Source: Verrucomicrobiota bacterium | GTDB taxonomy: Bacteria; Verrucomicrobiota; Verrucomicrobiia; Limisphaerales; CANJSG01 | Direction of reading: 5' to 3' | Assembly: GCA_038209745.1 (NCBI GenBank) | Contig: JBBQXJ010000003.1 | Location: forward strand, 32,001-96,000 | Length of the DNA: 64,000 nt | Shown: positions 9,064 through 19,067 of the stretch, piece after piece | Numbering within the stretch: position 1 is the first letter of the stretch | How the letters are laid out: the number at the start of each line of letters is the position of its first letter | The notes under the pieces: generated by a model | The model's input: only the letters and a program-made list of their open reading frames with translations | Database searches by the model: none | Told to the model about the DNA's origin: nothing | Made by a program: the position numbers and the translations under genes

Positions 9064-9418
9064 ATGCAGCGCGTGACGAGGCGAAGGTGGATCATCGGAG
9101 GCCGGGTGGCGTTGCTCTGTCTGATCGGAGCCGTGGTTGGGACGTGGCTGTCGACGCGGGGGCCGGTGTTTCGAGGGAAGACCGAGAGCGAGTGGGTCGC
9201 CGAGATCCGCAACGGCAGCCAGGGACCGATCACTCCAGACACCGATCCGATCCGGGATCGGTTCGGCGAGATGGGGACCGAGGTCGTCCTGTTTCTGGGA
9301 AAGGCGCTGGTCCCAAGCGAACCAAGTCGTCCGGGTGCTGATGAACTTGCTTCATCCCTACACCGGTCCGAGCGAAGCGGCGGCGCAGAAGGCTTTGGAG
9401 AAGCTCGAGTCGGAGTAG
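9064..9418 (+). pseudogene. Collapsed remnant of a membrane-anchored HEAT-repeat-type protein
   Basis: N-terminus RRRW-TM-GPVFRGKTESEW...EMGTEVVLFL; a different frame gives a HEAT-like C-terminus VVRVLMNLL...AAAQKALEKLESE*. Confidence 0.45.
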
Positions 9419-9503
9419 CGGCGGACGCCGGGTTGGGGATCTACAGGCTTTAGGCCCCGCAGGGCCGTCGCATCAAAAATGGCTTCGTCAGCGAGCCGTC
9501 GCC

Positions 9504-9803
9504 TTATCGCCCGTTGATCAGCGTCAGGAGTCCGGGGAAGTGCGCTTCCAGCTCTGCCGTGCGGATGGACGACAGGCACTTGGTGCCTTCCATGTTGGTG
9601 TCGATCAGGCCGGCGGCGCGCAGCACTTCGAAGTGGTGGGAAAGGGTGGCTTTGCTCACATCCAGCGTCACCTCGTTGCAGGCGAGCGGGCGCTCGGCCT
9701 GCAAGAGTTCCTGCACGATCGTGAGCCGGCCGGGATCGGACAACGCCTGCATGACCGTCGGCAGCGAGACGTCTTCCATCGCGGGATGGGAGTAGGTTTT
9801 CAA
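9504..9803 (-). CDS. ArsR/SmtB family transcriptional regulator
   Basis: ALSDPGRL.IV, SKATLSHHFEVLR.AGLI, FPGLL. Confidence 0.92.
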   Translation of the reverse strand: MKTYSHPAMEDVSLPTVMQALSDPGRLTIVQELLQAERPLACNEVTLDVSKATLSHHFEVLRAAGLIDTNMEGTKCLSSIRTAELEAHFPGLLTLINGR

Positions 9804-9830
9804 GTCGCGGTCACGGTGTCATTGGATGTA

Positions 9831-9852
9831 TAGTTCGACAATGATCGAATTA
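9831..9852. promoter_or_regulatory. ArsR-type operator palindrome 1
   Basis: TAGTTCGA-CAATGA-TCGAATTA. Confidence 0.75.
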
Positions 9853-9879
9853 TGTTTTGACGCCGTTGCCGAGGTGCGT

Positions 9880-9901
9880 TAGTTCGATGTGTATCGAACA
9901 A
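9880..9901. promoter_or_regulatory. ArsR-type operator palindrome 2
   Basis: TAGTTCGA-TGTGTA-TCGAACAA. Confidence 0.75.
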
Positions 9902-9988
9902 GAGCCGGGTCGGGTGAAGTTCGGTCCCCGGGGAATCCCGGGCAACTGGCCGCCGACCCGGTCGACGTCGAACACCACGTTTCACTTT

Positions 9989-11053
9989 ATGCCTACCCTC
10001 TTTGATCCCGTCCGTATCGGTGCCTGGAACTTGCCCAACCGCTTCGTCATGGCCCCGCTCACCCGCACCCGCGCCGGTGATGAACGCATTCCCAACGCGC
10101 TCATGGCCGAATACTACCGGCAGCGCGCTTCCGCCGGATTGATCCTCTCCGAGGCCACATCCGTGACGGCGATGGGCGTGGGCTATCCGAGGACGCCGGG
10201 CATCTGGTCGGAGGAGCAAGTGGCCGGTTGGAAGCTGGTAACCAGCGCGGTGCATCAAGCGGGCGGACGGATTCTTCTTCAGCTTTGGCACGTGGGCCGC
10301 ATGTCGGATCCGATCTACTTGAACGGCGCCTTGCCCGTCGCTCCGAGCGCCGTCGCGCCGAAGGGCCACGTCAGTCTCGTGCGGCCGGAGAAGTCATTCG
10401 TCACCCCGCGGGCGCTGGAGCGCTCGGAGATTCCCGGAGTCATCGCGGCCTATCGCAAGGGCGCCGAGAACGCCCAGCGCGCTGGATTTGACGGCGTAGA
10501 ACTGCACGGTGCCAATGGCTACCTCCTCGACCAGTTCCTCCAGGACAAGACCAATCTCCGCACGGACGACTACGGTGGCCCGATCGAGAACCGCGCCCGG
10601 CTGATGCTGGAAGCGGCCGACGCCGCGATCTCCGTTTGGGGCGCGGATCGAGTGGGGATGCACCTCGCGCCGCGCGGCGATGCGCACGACATGGGCGACT
10701 CGGATCCGGCTGCGACCTTCGGCTACGTGGCGAGAGAACTGGGCCGGCGCAAGCTCGCCTTCCTCTGTGCCCGCGAAGCACTCGGAGACAACCGTCTCGG
10801 ACCCGGGTTGAAAGCGGCGTTCGGCGGAGCCTACATCGCCAACGAGCGGTTCACGCAGGAGACGGCCAACCAGGTGATCGCCGCCGGTGAAGCGGACGCC
10901 GTGGCCTTCGGCATCCCGTTCATCGCGAACCCCGATCTGCCCGAGCGGTTCCGTCAGAACGCGCCGCTCAATGAACCCGACCGCACGACGTTCTATGCTC
11001 CGGACGCGAAGGGCTACACGGACTATCCGGCGCTGAGCCTGGTCAACGCGTGA
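9989..11053 (+). CDS. Old yellow enzyme family alkene reductase (NemA/XenB-like)
   Basis: [47 protein letters not shown]. Confidence 0.95.
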   Translation: MPTLFDPVRIGAWNLPNRFVMAPLTRTRAGDERIPNALMAEYYRQRASAGLILSEATSVTAMGVGYPRTPGIWSEEQVAGWKLVTSAVHQAGGRILLQLWHVGRMSDPIYLNGALPVAPSAVAPKGHVSLVRPEKSFVTPRALERSEIPGVIAAYRKGAENAQRAGFDGVELHGANGYLLDQFLQDKTNLRTDDYGGPIENRARLMLEAADAAISVWGADRVGMHLAPRGDAHDMGDSDPAATFGYVARELGRRKLAFLCAREALGDNRLGPGLKAAFGGAYIANERFTQETANQVIAAGEADAVAFGIPFIANPDLPERFRQNAPLNEPDRTTFYAPDAKGYTDYPALSLVNA

Positions 11054-12075
11054 ATCCTCCGCGCTCCATGACGCTGTCCGTCCTTGATCTCGCCTCGGTC
11101 CGCGAAGGAGGAACGATCGGTGAAAGCTTCGAGCGGACGGTGGCCTTGGCGCGGCAGGTGGAGGCGCTCGGGTTTCGCCGATTCTGGCTGGCGGAACACC
11201 ACAACATGCCGGGCATCGCCAGCGCGGCGACGTCGGTCCTCATCGGCCACGTCGCCGGGGCGACCAAGACCCTGCGGGTCGGCTCCGGTGGCATCATGTT
11301 GCCGAACCACGCGCCATTGGTGGTGGCCGAACACTTCGGCACGCTGGAGGCGTTGTATCCGGGGCGGATCGATTTGGGACTGGGCCGTGCGCCGGGCTCG
11401 GATCCCCTGGCGGCGCACGCGCTGGGACGGAACGCGTCGGCGGGCGACCGGTTTCCGGAACAGGTCCAGCAGCTCCTCCGGTTCCTCGGTCCAGTGGAGG
11501 CCGGTCAGCGTGTCCAAGCGGTGCCCGGCGCCGGCTCGAACGTTCCGGTCTGGCTGCTCGGTTCCAGCACCTTCAGCGCGCATCTGGCCGGCACGCTGGG
11601 ATTGCCCTTCGCCTTTGCCGCGCAGTTCGCTCCCCGGTTTCTGCACGAGGCGCTCGACGTCTATCGCGAACAGTTCCGGCCGTCGGCTGCCTTGGACAAA
11701 CCCTATGCGATGGTCGGCCTGCCGGTGATCGCCGCGCCGACGGACGAGGAAGCGCACTACATGGCGACCTCCGCCTTTCAACGCGTGCTGCGGTTGCGCC
11801 GTGGCCAGCCCATCTACGTGCCGCCGCCCGTCGAGACGATGGACGGTTTGTGGAACGAAATGGAGCGGGCCATGGTGGAAGAACACTTCGGCGCCGCGAT
11901 CATCGGTGGACCGGAAACGGTCGGGATCCGACTGAAGGCCCTCCAGAAGGAAACCGGTGCCGATGAACTGATGCTGCACTCCGAGTTTTACCGGCACGAA
12001 GACCGGTTGCGTTCCTACGGGATCGTGGCGGACCTTCTCCTGAAACAACCGGGCCCCACGCCCATCACTCCCTAG
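11050..12075 (+). CDS. Luciferase-like (LLM) flavin-dependent oxidoreductase
   Basis: [31 protein letters not shown]. Confidence 0.94.
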   Translation: MNPPRSMTLSVLDLASVREGGTIGESFERTVALARQVEALGFRRFWLAEHHNMPGIASAATSVLIGHVAGATKTLRVGSGGIMLPNHAPLVVAEHFGTLEALYPGRIDLGLGRAPGSDPLAAHALGRNASAGDRFPEQVQQLLRFLGPVEAGQRVQAVPGAGSNVPVWLLGSSTFSAHLAGTLGLPFAFAAQFAPRFLHEALDVYREQFRPSAALDKPYAMVGLPVIAAPTDEEAHYMATSAFQRVLRLRRGQPIYVPPPVETMDGLWNEMERAMVEEHFGAAIIGGPETVGIRLKALQKETGADELMLHSEFYRHEDRLRSYGIVADLLLKQPGPTPITP

Positions 12076-12082
12076 ACAGACC

Positions 12083-13114
12083 ATGGAATACAGACAACTG
12101 GGCGGATCCGGCTTGAAGGTGCCGGTCCTGACATACGGCACCGGCACGTTCGGCGGCGGCAACGAGTTCTTCAAAGCCTTCGGCACGAGCGGCGCCGCCG
12201 AAGCCACGCGGCTGGTGGACATCTGCCTCGAAGCGGGCGTCACGATGTTCGACAGTGCTGACGTGTATTCGGGGGGCATGGCGGAGGAAATCCTGGGCCA
12301 GGCCATCAAGGGCCGCCGCGACCACGTGCTCGTTTCCACCAAGGGCACTTTCCGAATGGGCGACGGGCCGAACGACGTCGGCTCCTCGCGGTTCCATATT
12401 GTCCGGGCAGTGGAGGCCAGCCTGCGCCGGCTCGGCACGGACCACGTCGATCTTTATCAGCTCCACGGCTTCGACGCGTTGACACCGGTTGAGGAGGTGT
12501 TGTCCGCGCTCAACGACCTCGTGCGCGCCGGCAAGATCCGCTATGTCGGCTGCTCGAACTTCTCCGGCTGGCATCTGATGAAGTCGCTCTCCGTCTCCGA
12601 GCGCTACGGCTGGTCGCGCTACGTCGCCCACCAGGCCTATTACTCGCTCGTCGGCCGCGACTACGAATGGGAGCTGATGCCGCTGGGGCTCGATCAGAAA
12701 GTCGGCGCCGTCGTCTGGAGCCCGCTCGGTTGGGCCCGGTTGACCGGCAAGATCCGCCGCAGCCAGCCCCTGCCGGAGACCAGCCGCTTGCACACCGCCG
12801 TCACCAAGGACGCCGGCCCGCCCGTGGATGAGGAATACCTTTACCGTGTGGTCGATGTGCTCGATGCCATCTCGGTCGAGACCGGCAAGACCGTGCCGCA
12901 GATCGCGCTGAACTGGGTGGTCGGTCGGCCCAGCGTGTCCACCGTCATTGTCGGTGCGCGCAATGAAACGCAGCTTCGCCAGAATCTCGGCGCCGTCGGT
13001 TGGAGCCTGACGCCCGAACAGGTGAAGCGCTTGGACGAAGCCAGTGCCACCAAGCTGCCGTATCCCTACTTCCATCAGCACGGCTTCGAGCGGAACCCAC
13101 CACCGGTCGCCTGA
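12083..13114 (+). CDS. Aldo/keto reductase
   Basis: YRQLG.SGLKV, FDSADVY, TK, DLYQLH, GKIRYVGCSN, WSPLG. Confidence 0.95.
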   Translation: MEYRQLGGSGLKVPVLTYGTGTFGGGNEFFKAFGTSGAAEATRLVDICLEAGVTMFDSADVYSGGMAEEILGQAIKGRRDHVLVSTKGTFRMGDGPNDVGSSRFHIVRAVEASLRRLGTDHVDLYQLHGFDALTPVEEVLSALNDLVRAGKIRYVGCSNFSGWHLMKSLSVSERYGWSRYVAHQAYYSLVGRDYEWELMPLGLDQKVGAVVWSPLGWARLTGKIRRSQPLPETSRLHTAVTKDAGPPVDEEYLYRVVDVLDAISVETGKTVPQIALNWVVGRPSVSTVIVGARNETQLRQNLGAVGWSLTPEQVKRLDEASATKLPYPYFHQHGFERNPPPVA

Positions 13115-13118
13115 TCCA

Positions 13119-13145
13119 CCGCAGCCGCCGAGGTGACGAGGCGGA
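13119..13145 (+). repeat. Single degenerate REP-like unit related to 595-671
   Basis: CCGCAGCCGCCGAGGTGACGAGGCGGA resembles CCGTAGCCGCCGGGGTCGGGAGGCGG. Confidence 0.5.
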
Positions 13146-13169
13146 CTTGTCCGAAGACTCCATACTCCC

Positions 13170-13625
13170 ATGCCCAACACCACCTCTCCCGATCTGACCC
13201 AACGTCCGCCCCGCAGCATGCGCTGCCGCCTCGGCGGCTTCGCCATCCTCCCGCGGATCCTCGACAAATGCCGCGCCACCATCGCCGGCAAACACGGCGC
13301 CTATCGCTACAATGGTTCCATGGACCAGTATTTCTTCCGCTTCACCGGCATCGATGCCGAGGCGCTGAAGACCGAGGTCGCCACCGGCAAGGGCGACGGC
13401 GACATCCTCGACTGGATCCAGGCCAACGCGAAGACGCCGCGCGCGCCGTGGGAGATCCAGCAATGGAGCGACTACCACGACCGACGCACGCCCGACAGCG
13501 ACAACGAGACGCTGCTCGAATTCGCGGAGATGGTGGCCAAGTTCAGCAAGACCCGCGAAGACATCCGCACCTGGGCCGATCTGCTGGACCTGGACGACCA
13601 TTGCACGTTTGGCGGACTGGCGTGA
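13170..13625 (+). CDS. DUF5069 family protein
   Basis: PDLTQRPPRS.R.RLGG...LPR.LDKCRA; C-terminal DLLDLDD...FGG. Confidence 0.85.
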   Translation: MPNTTSPDLTQRPPRSMRCRLGGFAILPRILDKCRATIAGKHGAYRYNGSMDQYFFRFTGIDAEALKTEVATGKGDGDILDWIQANAKTPRAPWEIQQWSDYHDRRTPDSDNETLLEFAEMVAKFSKTREDIRTWADLLDLDDHCTFGGLA

Positions 13626-13713
13626 CCAGGTCCGGCGACCGCAGGGGACGTGCGCGTTCCTCCCCCGTTTTTGGGTGATGACGGTGGCGGCTTCCGGCTC
13701 CAATTTGTGCTAA

Positions 13714-14598
13714 ATGAACCGCCGCCGCTTCCTCCAATCCACCGCCTTGGCCGCCTTGGCCGTATCGACCGGACGCGGCTTTGCCGCCGAGTCTCCCGCC
13801 GGGATCCGCAAGGCGATCATGTATGCGACCGTCGGCGTGAAGGGGTCCGTGCTGGAGAAGCTCCAGATGGTGAAAGCCTCCGGCTATGAAGGCGTGGAGC
13901 TGATGGGCGGGATGGACCGCAACGAATGCGTTGCGGCCCTGAAGGCGACCGGGCTCGGGGCTGCCAGCGTCTGCTGCCACACGCACTGGGCCAAGCCGTT
14001 GTCCTCGGCGAATCCCGAGGACCGAAAGGTCGGCATCGAGGGGCTCAAGTCCACGCTGGTGGACGCCAAGACCTACGGGGCGGGATCGGTGTTGTTCGTG
14101 CCCGGCGTGGCCCGCGACGGCGTGTCCTACGAGCAGTGCTGGGATCGTTCCATCGCCGGGATCAAGGAGGCGATTCCCGTGGCGGAAGAGACCGGCGTGG
14201 TCATCGCCATCGAGAATGTTTGGAACGATTTCATCACCGACCAGAAGGAAGCGGTCCGCTACCTCGACGCCATCCACCATCCGCTGGTGAAATGGCATTT
14301 CGACGTGGGCAACATCATCCGCTATGGCGATCCGCTCGACTGGATCCACGCGCTGGGACCGCGCATTTCCCGCGTCCACATCAAAGAATACAGCCGCGAT
14401 CTGGCCCTGAAGAACGGCGACGTCTGGAAGGGGTTCAACGCGAAGCTCCTGGAAGGCGCGAACAACTGGCCCGGCATCGTCAAAGCGCTCCGCGAATCCG
14501 GATTCTCGTCCTGGGCGATCACGGAGCAGGGCGGCGGCGGTTCGCCGGAAGGGCTGAAAGACCTGGTCGACCGCTTGGACAAGATCCTGGCCGGCTGA
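13714..14598 (+). CDS. Tat-exported sugar-phosphate isomerase/epimerase (xylose-isomerase-like TIM barrel)
   Basis: MNRRRFL twin-arginine signal; IENVWN, HFDVGN, VHIKE. Confidence 0.9.
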   Translation: MNRRRFLQSTALAALAVSTGRGFAAESPAGIRKAIMYATVGVKGSVLEKLQMVKASGYEGVELMGGMDRNECVAALKATGLGAASVCCHTHWAKPLSSANPEDRKVGIEGLKSTLVDAKTYGAGSVLFVPGVARDGVSYEQCWDRSIAGIKEAIPVAEETGVVIAIENVWNDFITDQKEAVRYLDAIHHPLVKWHFDVGNIIRYGDPLDWIHALGPRISRVHIKEYSRDLALKNGDVWKGFNAKLLEGANNWPGIVKALRESGFSSWAITEQGGGGSPEGLKDLVDRLDKILAG

Positions 14599-14618
14599 GG
14601 CGGAACGATGCAGAAGGT

Positions 14619-14777
14619 CGGAGCGCGGACGGTCACGTCCGCGAGGCCAGCTCGGTTCCTTGACGCAGATGGAAGATACGATCCGGCCATCCCAGTCCGG
14701 TGCGGTGTCACGGCAATCCATAATCGGGCCGCTCCGCCTTTGAGCGCGGCCTCGCGGACGTGACCGTCCTCGCTCCG
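14619..14777. repeat. REP/MITE-like element with 30-bp terminal inverted repeats (GGAG family)
   Basis: CGGAGCGCGGACGGTCACGTCCGCGAGGCC (14619-14648) and its reverse complement at 14748-14777 match at 29/30. Confidence 0.75.
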
Positions 14778-14822
14778 CCGCAGTTGCCAACGCAATTCCC
14801 GCTGTCCTACTGTCTCCGGAAC

Positions 14823-16487
14823 ATGAAACGCAGCCTGTTGTTGGCTCTCCTCTTGTCCGGTGTCGCGGTCCGCGCTGAAGGCCCGGACGATCTCTATCTG
14901 GAATCGTTCAGTCTGATCGAGCAGGCGGCGACGATCGGCAAGTCCGGCCAGTCCAAGAACGCGATCGAGCTCCTCAAACAGGCCGATACCCGTCTCCGCA
15001 AGATCCAGGCGTCCTACCCTTCGTGGAACGCCGGAATGGTGAAGTTCCGCCTCGGCGATGTGGCGCAGCGAATTGCGAATCTGGACGGAACGGCGGCTGA
15101 TGCCCCGGGCACGGTCGCTTCCAAACCGACCTCCGAGGCGATGGCGGCCGGCCAAGAGGAACAGATCCGGGTCCTTCGCAGCCAGGTCGAGTCCCTCACG
15201 GCCAAGCTCAAGGAGGCACTGGAAATGCAGTCCAGCGGTCTCACCGCGGCGGAACGGTCCCGCCTCGAAGTCAAGGTGGCGAACCAGCAGCGCGAGCTCG
15301 ACGTGATGAAGGCGGCTCTGGCGCAGGAGAAGGAGAAAGCCGCCCAAGCCGTCGTTCCCGCAGTCGACGCGGAAGCGGTCGTCAAAGCCAAGGCCTTGGC
15401 CAAGGAGAACGAGGCGCTCACCCAAAAGGTCAAGCAACAGGCCCAGGAGCTGGTCAATTCGTCCCGGGCCGGTGCCGATGAGCGCGACAAGCTGCAAAAG
15501 GCCCTCGCCGCCGCCCAGGCCGTCGTCCCCGCGGTCGACGCGGAAGCGGTCGCCAAGGTCAAGGCCTTGGCCAACGAGAACGAGGCGCTGACCCAGAAGG
15601 TCAAGCAACAGGCCCAGGAACTGGTCAGTTCTTCGCGGGCCGGTGCCGATGAGCGCGACAAGCTGCAAAAGGCTCTCGCCGCCGCCCAGACCGGACCCGC
15701 CGTGGTTCCGCCCCCGGCAACCGCCGTTGCCTCGGCGCCGTCAGCCGAGGAGAAGATCAAAGTCGCCGAACTCCAGGCTCGCCTCGCTGCGTTGGAAGCC
15801 ACGGCCGTTCCCTACACGGCCGAGGAGCGCGCTCTGTTCAAGGCGCCGCCTACCCGAATCGTGCTGTTGGCGGAGACGAATTCCACCCCCGTCAAGCGCT
15901 CCGTCAAACGTGTGCCGCCCGGGGCCGGGGCGCTCGTGGCCGAAGCCGATCGGGCCTTCGACGCCCGCAACTATGTCGTGGCGCAGCAGAAATTCTCCGA
16001 GGCTCTCAAGCAGGAGGACGACAATGTGTATCTCCTTTCGAAACTCGCCTCGGCCCAGTTCGAGCAGGGGAAGGTGTCCGATGCGGAGAAGAATCTGGAG
16101 CACGCCCTGCGCGTCGATCCCGCCGATCCGGCGAGCCTCACCCTGATGGGTGTCGTCCGGTTCCAGCAGGAGCGCTACTCCGAGGCCCTGACCTTTCTCA
16201 GCCGGTCGGCGCAGCTCGATCCGAACAATGCCGACACCCAGAACTACCTCGGGATCACGCTGAGCCAGGAAGGCCAGCGGGCCGCCGCCGAAGCCGCCCT
16301 GCGCAAGTCCGTCCAGTTGGCCCCCGACAATGCCGGGGCCCACCACAATCTGGCCATCATCTATGCCACGCAGAAGCCGCCGTTCATCGAATTGGCGTGG
16401 TTCCACTACCGCAAGGCCGTCGCGCTCGGCCATCCCAAGAATCCCGGTCTGGAGGAGATCTTGAGCAAGGCGGCGGCGGACAAGTGA
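14823..16487 (+). CDS. Secreted coiled-coil plus TPR protein
   Basis: Signal peptide MKRSLLLALLL; coiled-coil centre; C-terminal TPRs (AHHNLAIIY). Confidence 0.85.
   Translation: MKRSLLLALLLSGVAVRAEGPDDLYLESFSLIEQAATIGKSGQSKNAIELLKQADTRLRKIQASYPSWNAGMVKFRLGDVAQRIANLDGTAADAPGTVASKPTSEAMAAGQEEQIRVLRSQVESLTAKLKEALEMQSSGLTAAERSRLEVKVANQQRELDVMKAALAQEKEKAAQAVVPAVDAEAVVKAKALAKENEALTQKVKQQAQELVNSSRAGADERDKLQKALAAAQAVVPAVDAEAVAKVKALANENEALTQKVKQQAQELVSSSRAGADERDKLQKALAAAQTGPAVVPPPATAVASAPSAEEKIKVAELQARLAALEATAVPYTAEERALFKAPPTRIVLLAETNSTPVKRSVKRVPPGAGALVAEADRAFDARNYVVAQQKFSEALKQEDDNVYLLSKLASAQFEQGKVSDAEKNLEHALRVDPADPASLTLMGVVRFQQERYSEALTFLSRSAQLDPNNADTQNYLGITLSQEGQRAAAEAALRKSVQLAPDNAGAHHNLAIIYATQKPPFIELAWFHYRKAVALGHPKNPGLEEILSKAAADK
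15339..15689 (+). repeat. In-frame 171-bp (57-aa) tandem duplication
   Basis: AAQAVVPAVDAEAV...RAGADERDKLQKALA occurs twice, starting 15339 and 15510; a third AAQ at 15681. Confidence 0.92.
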
Positions 16488-16903
16488 GGCAGGAGCTGCA
16501 CGAAATCCGGTTGCGGACGCGGGGGCGCGGGTTCACCGACTTCACGGCCCAGATCCGGGAGCTTCTGGCGCGATCCGGGTTGAAGACCGGTTTGGCGACG
16601 CTGCATCTCCAGCACACCTCCGCGTCTCTTCTCATCCAGGAGAACGCCGACCCCGATGTCCGTGCCGATTTCGAGCGTTTCTTCGCCCGGTTGGTGCCCG
16701 ATGGCGACCGCCTCTTTTCCCACACCCTGGAAGGTCCGGACGACATGGCCGCGCATATCCGGACGGCGTTGACGACGGTCAATTTGTCGATCCCGTTCGA
16801 CGACGGGCGACTGGTCCTCGGAACATGGCAGGGGATCTATCTCTGGGAACACCGGCTTGATCCTCATGCCCGGCAGATCGCGCTGCATTTTTTGGGCGAG
16901 TAG
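16484..16903 (+). CDS. yjbQ: YjbQ/UPF0047 family protein
   Basis: HTSASLLIQENADPDV, EGPDDM.AH, LGTWQGIYLWEHR; GTGA overlap with upstream gene. Confidence 0.9.
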   Translation: MRQELHEIRLRTRGRGFTDFTAQIRELLARSGLKTGLATLHLQHTSASLLIQENADPDVRADFERFFARLVPDGDRLFSHTLEGPDDMAAHIRTALTTVNLSIPFDDGRLVLGTWQGIYLWEHRLDPHARQIALHFLGE

Positions 16904-16917
16904 TTTGGCGGCGGCCG

Positions 16918-17610
16918 TCAAGGCCTGTGCGTGGCTCGCTTGCGCGCGCGCCGCGTCTCGGCAGCAATAATCCCAGCCAGCAGAACGCCGGCGAAGGCAA
17001 ACGTGGCTGGCTCGGGAACCGGTGCTGCTTCCCCCTTGTAGTGGAAGCTGCCCGATTCGCCGGCGAAGAAGACGCCCGAAATCAGGTCTTGGTTCATGTG
17101 GCGCAAGGTGCCCAAGAAGTCTTCGACCGTGAGGGTGCCGCTTCCGGCGAGGGTGATGTCGAACCCCAGGGCTTCGCCGCGGGTCAATCGATGGGCTCCG
17201 GCATCTTTGTTGGAAGTGGCGAAATCCAAGCTGAAGGAGAATGGGGGGTTGCCTCCGCCCAGATTGCTGGAGGGGGTTTTGAGCGTGGGAGTATCGAAGG
17301 CTCCGGTCTTGGTCGGAGAGCCGACGATCAGGTGGTTGGCGGCGCCGTCGAAGTTGAAGGCCCAAGTCCGGACATAGTCTCCGGACTTCAAATTGAGCGC
17401 TTCGAGCTGGAAATGGACGCTTTTGCTGGTGGGCCCGTGGTCCGACAGGGTGGCTCGCAGGAAGGGACCGGTCCCGGGATAGACATCCCCGCCGCTCTCG
17501 AACGTGCGGCTGTAGTCCAGAGTGACGACGGTCGCTTGGGAGAGCATCGAACCGGCCGCCAAGAAGGGAATTGCCCAGAACAAAGGATTCATTGGCGGGG
17601 AGATGGACAT
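16918..17610 (-). CDS. PEP-CTERM sorting-domain protein
   Basis: Signal peptide; C-terminal VPEP, TM helix and RRARKR. Confidence 0.85.
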   Translation of the reverse strand: MSISPPMNPLFWAIPFLAAGSMLSQATVVTLDYSRTFESGGDVYPGTGPFLRATLSDHGPTSKSVHFQLEALNLKSGDYVRTWAFNFDGAANHLIVGSPTKTGAFDTPTLKTPSSNLGGGNPPFSFSLDFATSNKDAGAHRLTRGEALGFDITLAGSGTLTVEDFLGTLRHMNQDLISGVFFAGESGSFHYKGEAAPVPEPATFAFAGVLLAGIIAAETRRARKRATHRP

Positions 17611-17981
17611 CGGCCGTCTGCTGCGGATTTGCGTCGCCGCCCCGTGGCTGGTCGCCCGAGCGGATTTGGATGGGGTTTGGAGCGGTGCATTTGTTGTTCT
17701 GGATTCAAGGGACGACAGGCTTGGCCGGCTCCTTGAGCAGTTTTCGATTCTTTCTCATCCTTGAATCCCACTCCTTCGCTCTGGCTCGCTTGAGCGGTCT
17801 CGAATCGAGGCCAAAGTGTCTTGAAGTTAGAGATTCTGGCGTGCCGGCGGATCTACACGCCATTCGGGCAGCTGTTTGGGAGGGTCGTGTCGCAGACTCG
17901 CTAGGGAATGGAGACTGCTTGCGCCTAAGGAGGCAAACAGCGGCCGCCGATAGTTTCGAGCGGCTTTGATGCCTTCTGACC

Positions 17982-18440
17982 GTGCTGACGAAATGCCATC
18001 CAATACGAACGAGCGCCCAGACCCGTGCCGGCTTCTCGCTGGTCGAGGTGGCGATGTCGCTCATGATCGTCGGGATCGTCATGATCGGAATGGTGGATGG
18101 CTACCGGACGTCTTCTCGGCGCGCGGAGTGGTCGGCCTATTCGCTCGCGGCCCAGGCGATGGCGCTCCAACAGATCGAGCAGGTCCGTGCGGCCAAGTGG
18201 GACACGATGGCCGATCCTGTGGTGGACGAGACGGTGAACGTCCCGACCGTGAGTTCGGCGATCCTCGACATGCCGATCTCCGGAACGAACGCGGTCATGG
18301 TGACCAACTATGTGGCCATCAGCAGCATCTCGGTCGGCAGCGGCATCACCTTCAAACAGATCCGGGTCGACACGGTTTGGCCATGGTTCGGCAAGTACTT
18401 CACCAACACGCTGGCCACGTTCCGGGCTCCCGACCGATGA
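17982..18440 (+). CDS. Type IV pilin-like protein (PilV/GspI-like minor pilin)
   Basis: Prepilin site RAG|FSLVEVAM followed by a hydrophobic helix. Confidence 0.85.
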   Translation: MLTKCHPIRTSAQTRAGFSLVEVAMSLMIVGIVMIGMVDGYRTSSRRAEWSAYSLAAQAMALQQIEQVRAAKWDTMADPVVDETVNVPTVSSAILDMPISGTNAVMVTNYVAISSISVGSGITFKQIRVDTVWPWFGKYFTNTLATFRAPDR

Positions 18441-19063
18441 GGATCTTGGTCTCCAATTCTTGGCCGACTGCGGGGCGGAGGCGTCCTGGCAAACGGGCGA
18501 CCACCTTGATCGAGGTGATGATGACGATGGGGATCTTCAGTCTCGTGACCGTGGGCTTCGTCCAGTTCCATTTGCTGGGCCTGACCCAGGATCAACTGGT
18601 GCAGAGCAAGCTCGGGGCGAGCGACCAGTCGCGGGCGGCGCTGTCCCGGATGACCAGCGAGATCCGATCGGCGAAGATTCTTCGGGTGGGCAACGGCGAC
18701 GCGGCCGGTTTCATCCCGGTGGGCTACGGGACGAACCAGCAGGGCACGGCGCTCCAGATCTGTTTCAGCACCGATACCAATTCCTACGTCCGCTACTTTT
18801 TCGACACCAATGCGGGAGAGTTGCGGCGCCTGCGGACAGGAACCGCCGGGACGACCCTCGTGGCGCAGTATCTGACGAACAGCATGTTTTTCAGGGCGGA
18901 GGACTATCTCGGCAACGTGGAGATCGACGGGGCCCACAGCTACACCATCCGGGTCCTGCTCCAGTTCTATCAATACAAGTATCCCCTCACCACGGTGGGT
19001 CCGGGGAACTACTACGACTACTACAAGCTGGAGTTCAAGGCGACGCGTCGCGCGCACGATTGA
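18437..19063 (+). CDS. Type IV pilin-like protein (PilW/GspJ-like minor pilin)
   Basis: ATGA overlap; KRA|TTLIEVMM plus hydrophobic helix; EIRSA motif. Confidence 0.8.
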   Translation: MRILVSNSWPTAGRRRPGKRATTLIEVMMTMGIFSLVTVGFVQFHLLGLTQDQLVQSKLGASDQSRAALSRMTSEIRSAKILRVGNGDAAGFIPVGYGTNQQGTALQICFSTDTNSYVRYFFDTNAGELRRLRTGTAGTTLVAQYLTNSMFFRAEDYLGNVEIDGAHSYTIRVLLQFYQYKYPLTTVGPGNYYDYYKLEFKATRRAHD

Positions 19064-19067
19064 GAGC

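Noticed and set aside
15339..15689. Direct repeats as a possible CRISPR array or mobile-element ends
   Set aside because: Contiguous in-frame 171-bp coding duplication with no spacers and no cas genes.
17837..17862. TGGCGTG-N12-CACGCCA inverted repeat or sigma-54 promoter for the pilin or PEP-CTERM genes
   Set aside because: No correctly spaced -12 GC on either strand, and 7-bp arms are not significant at this GC content.
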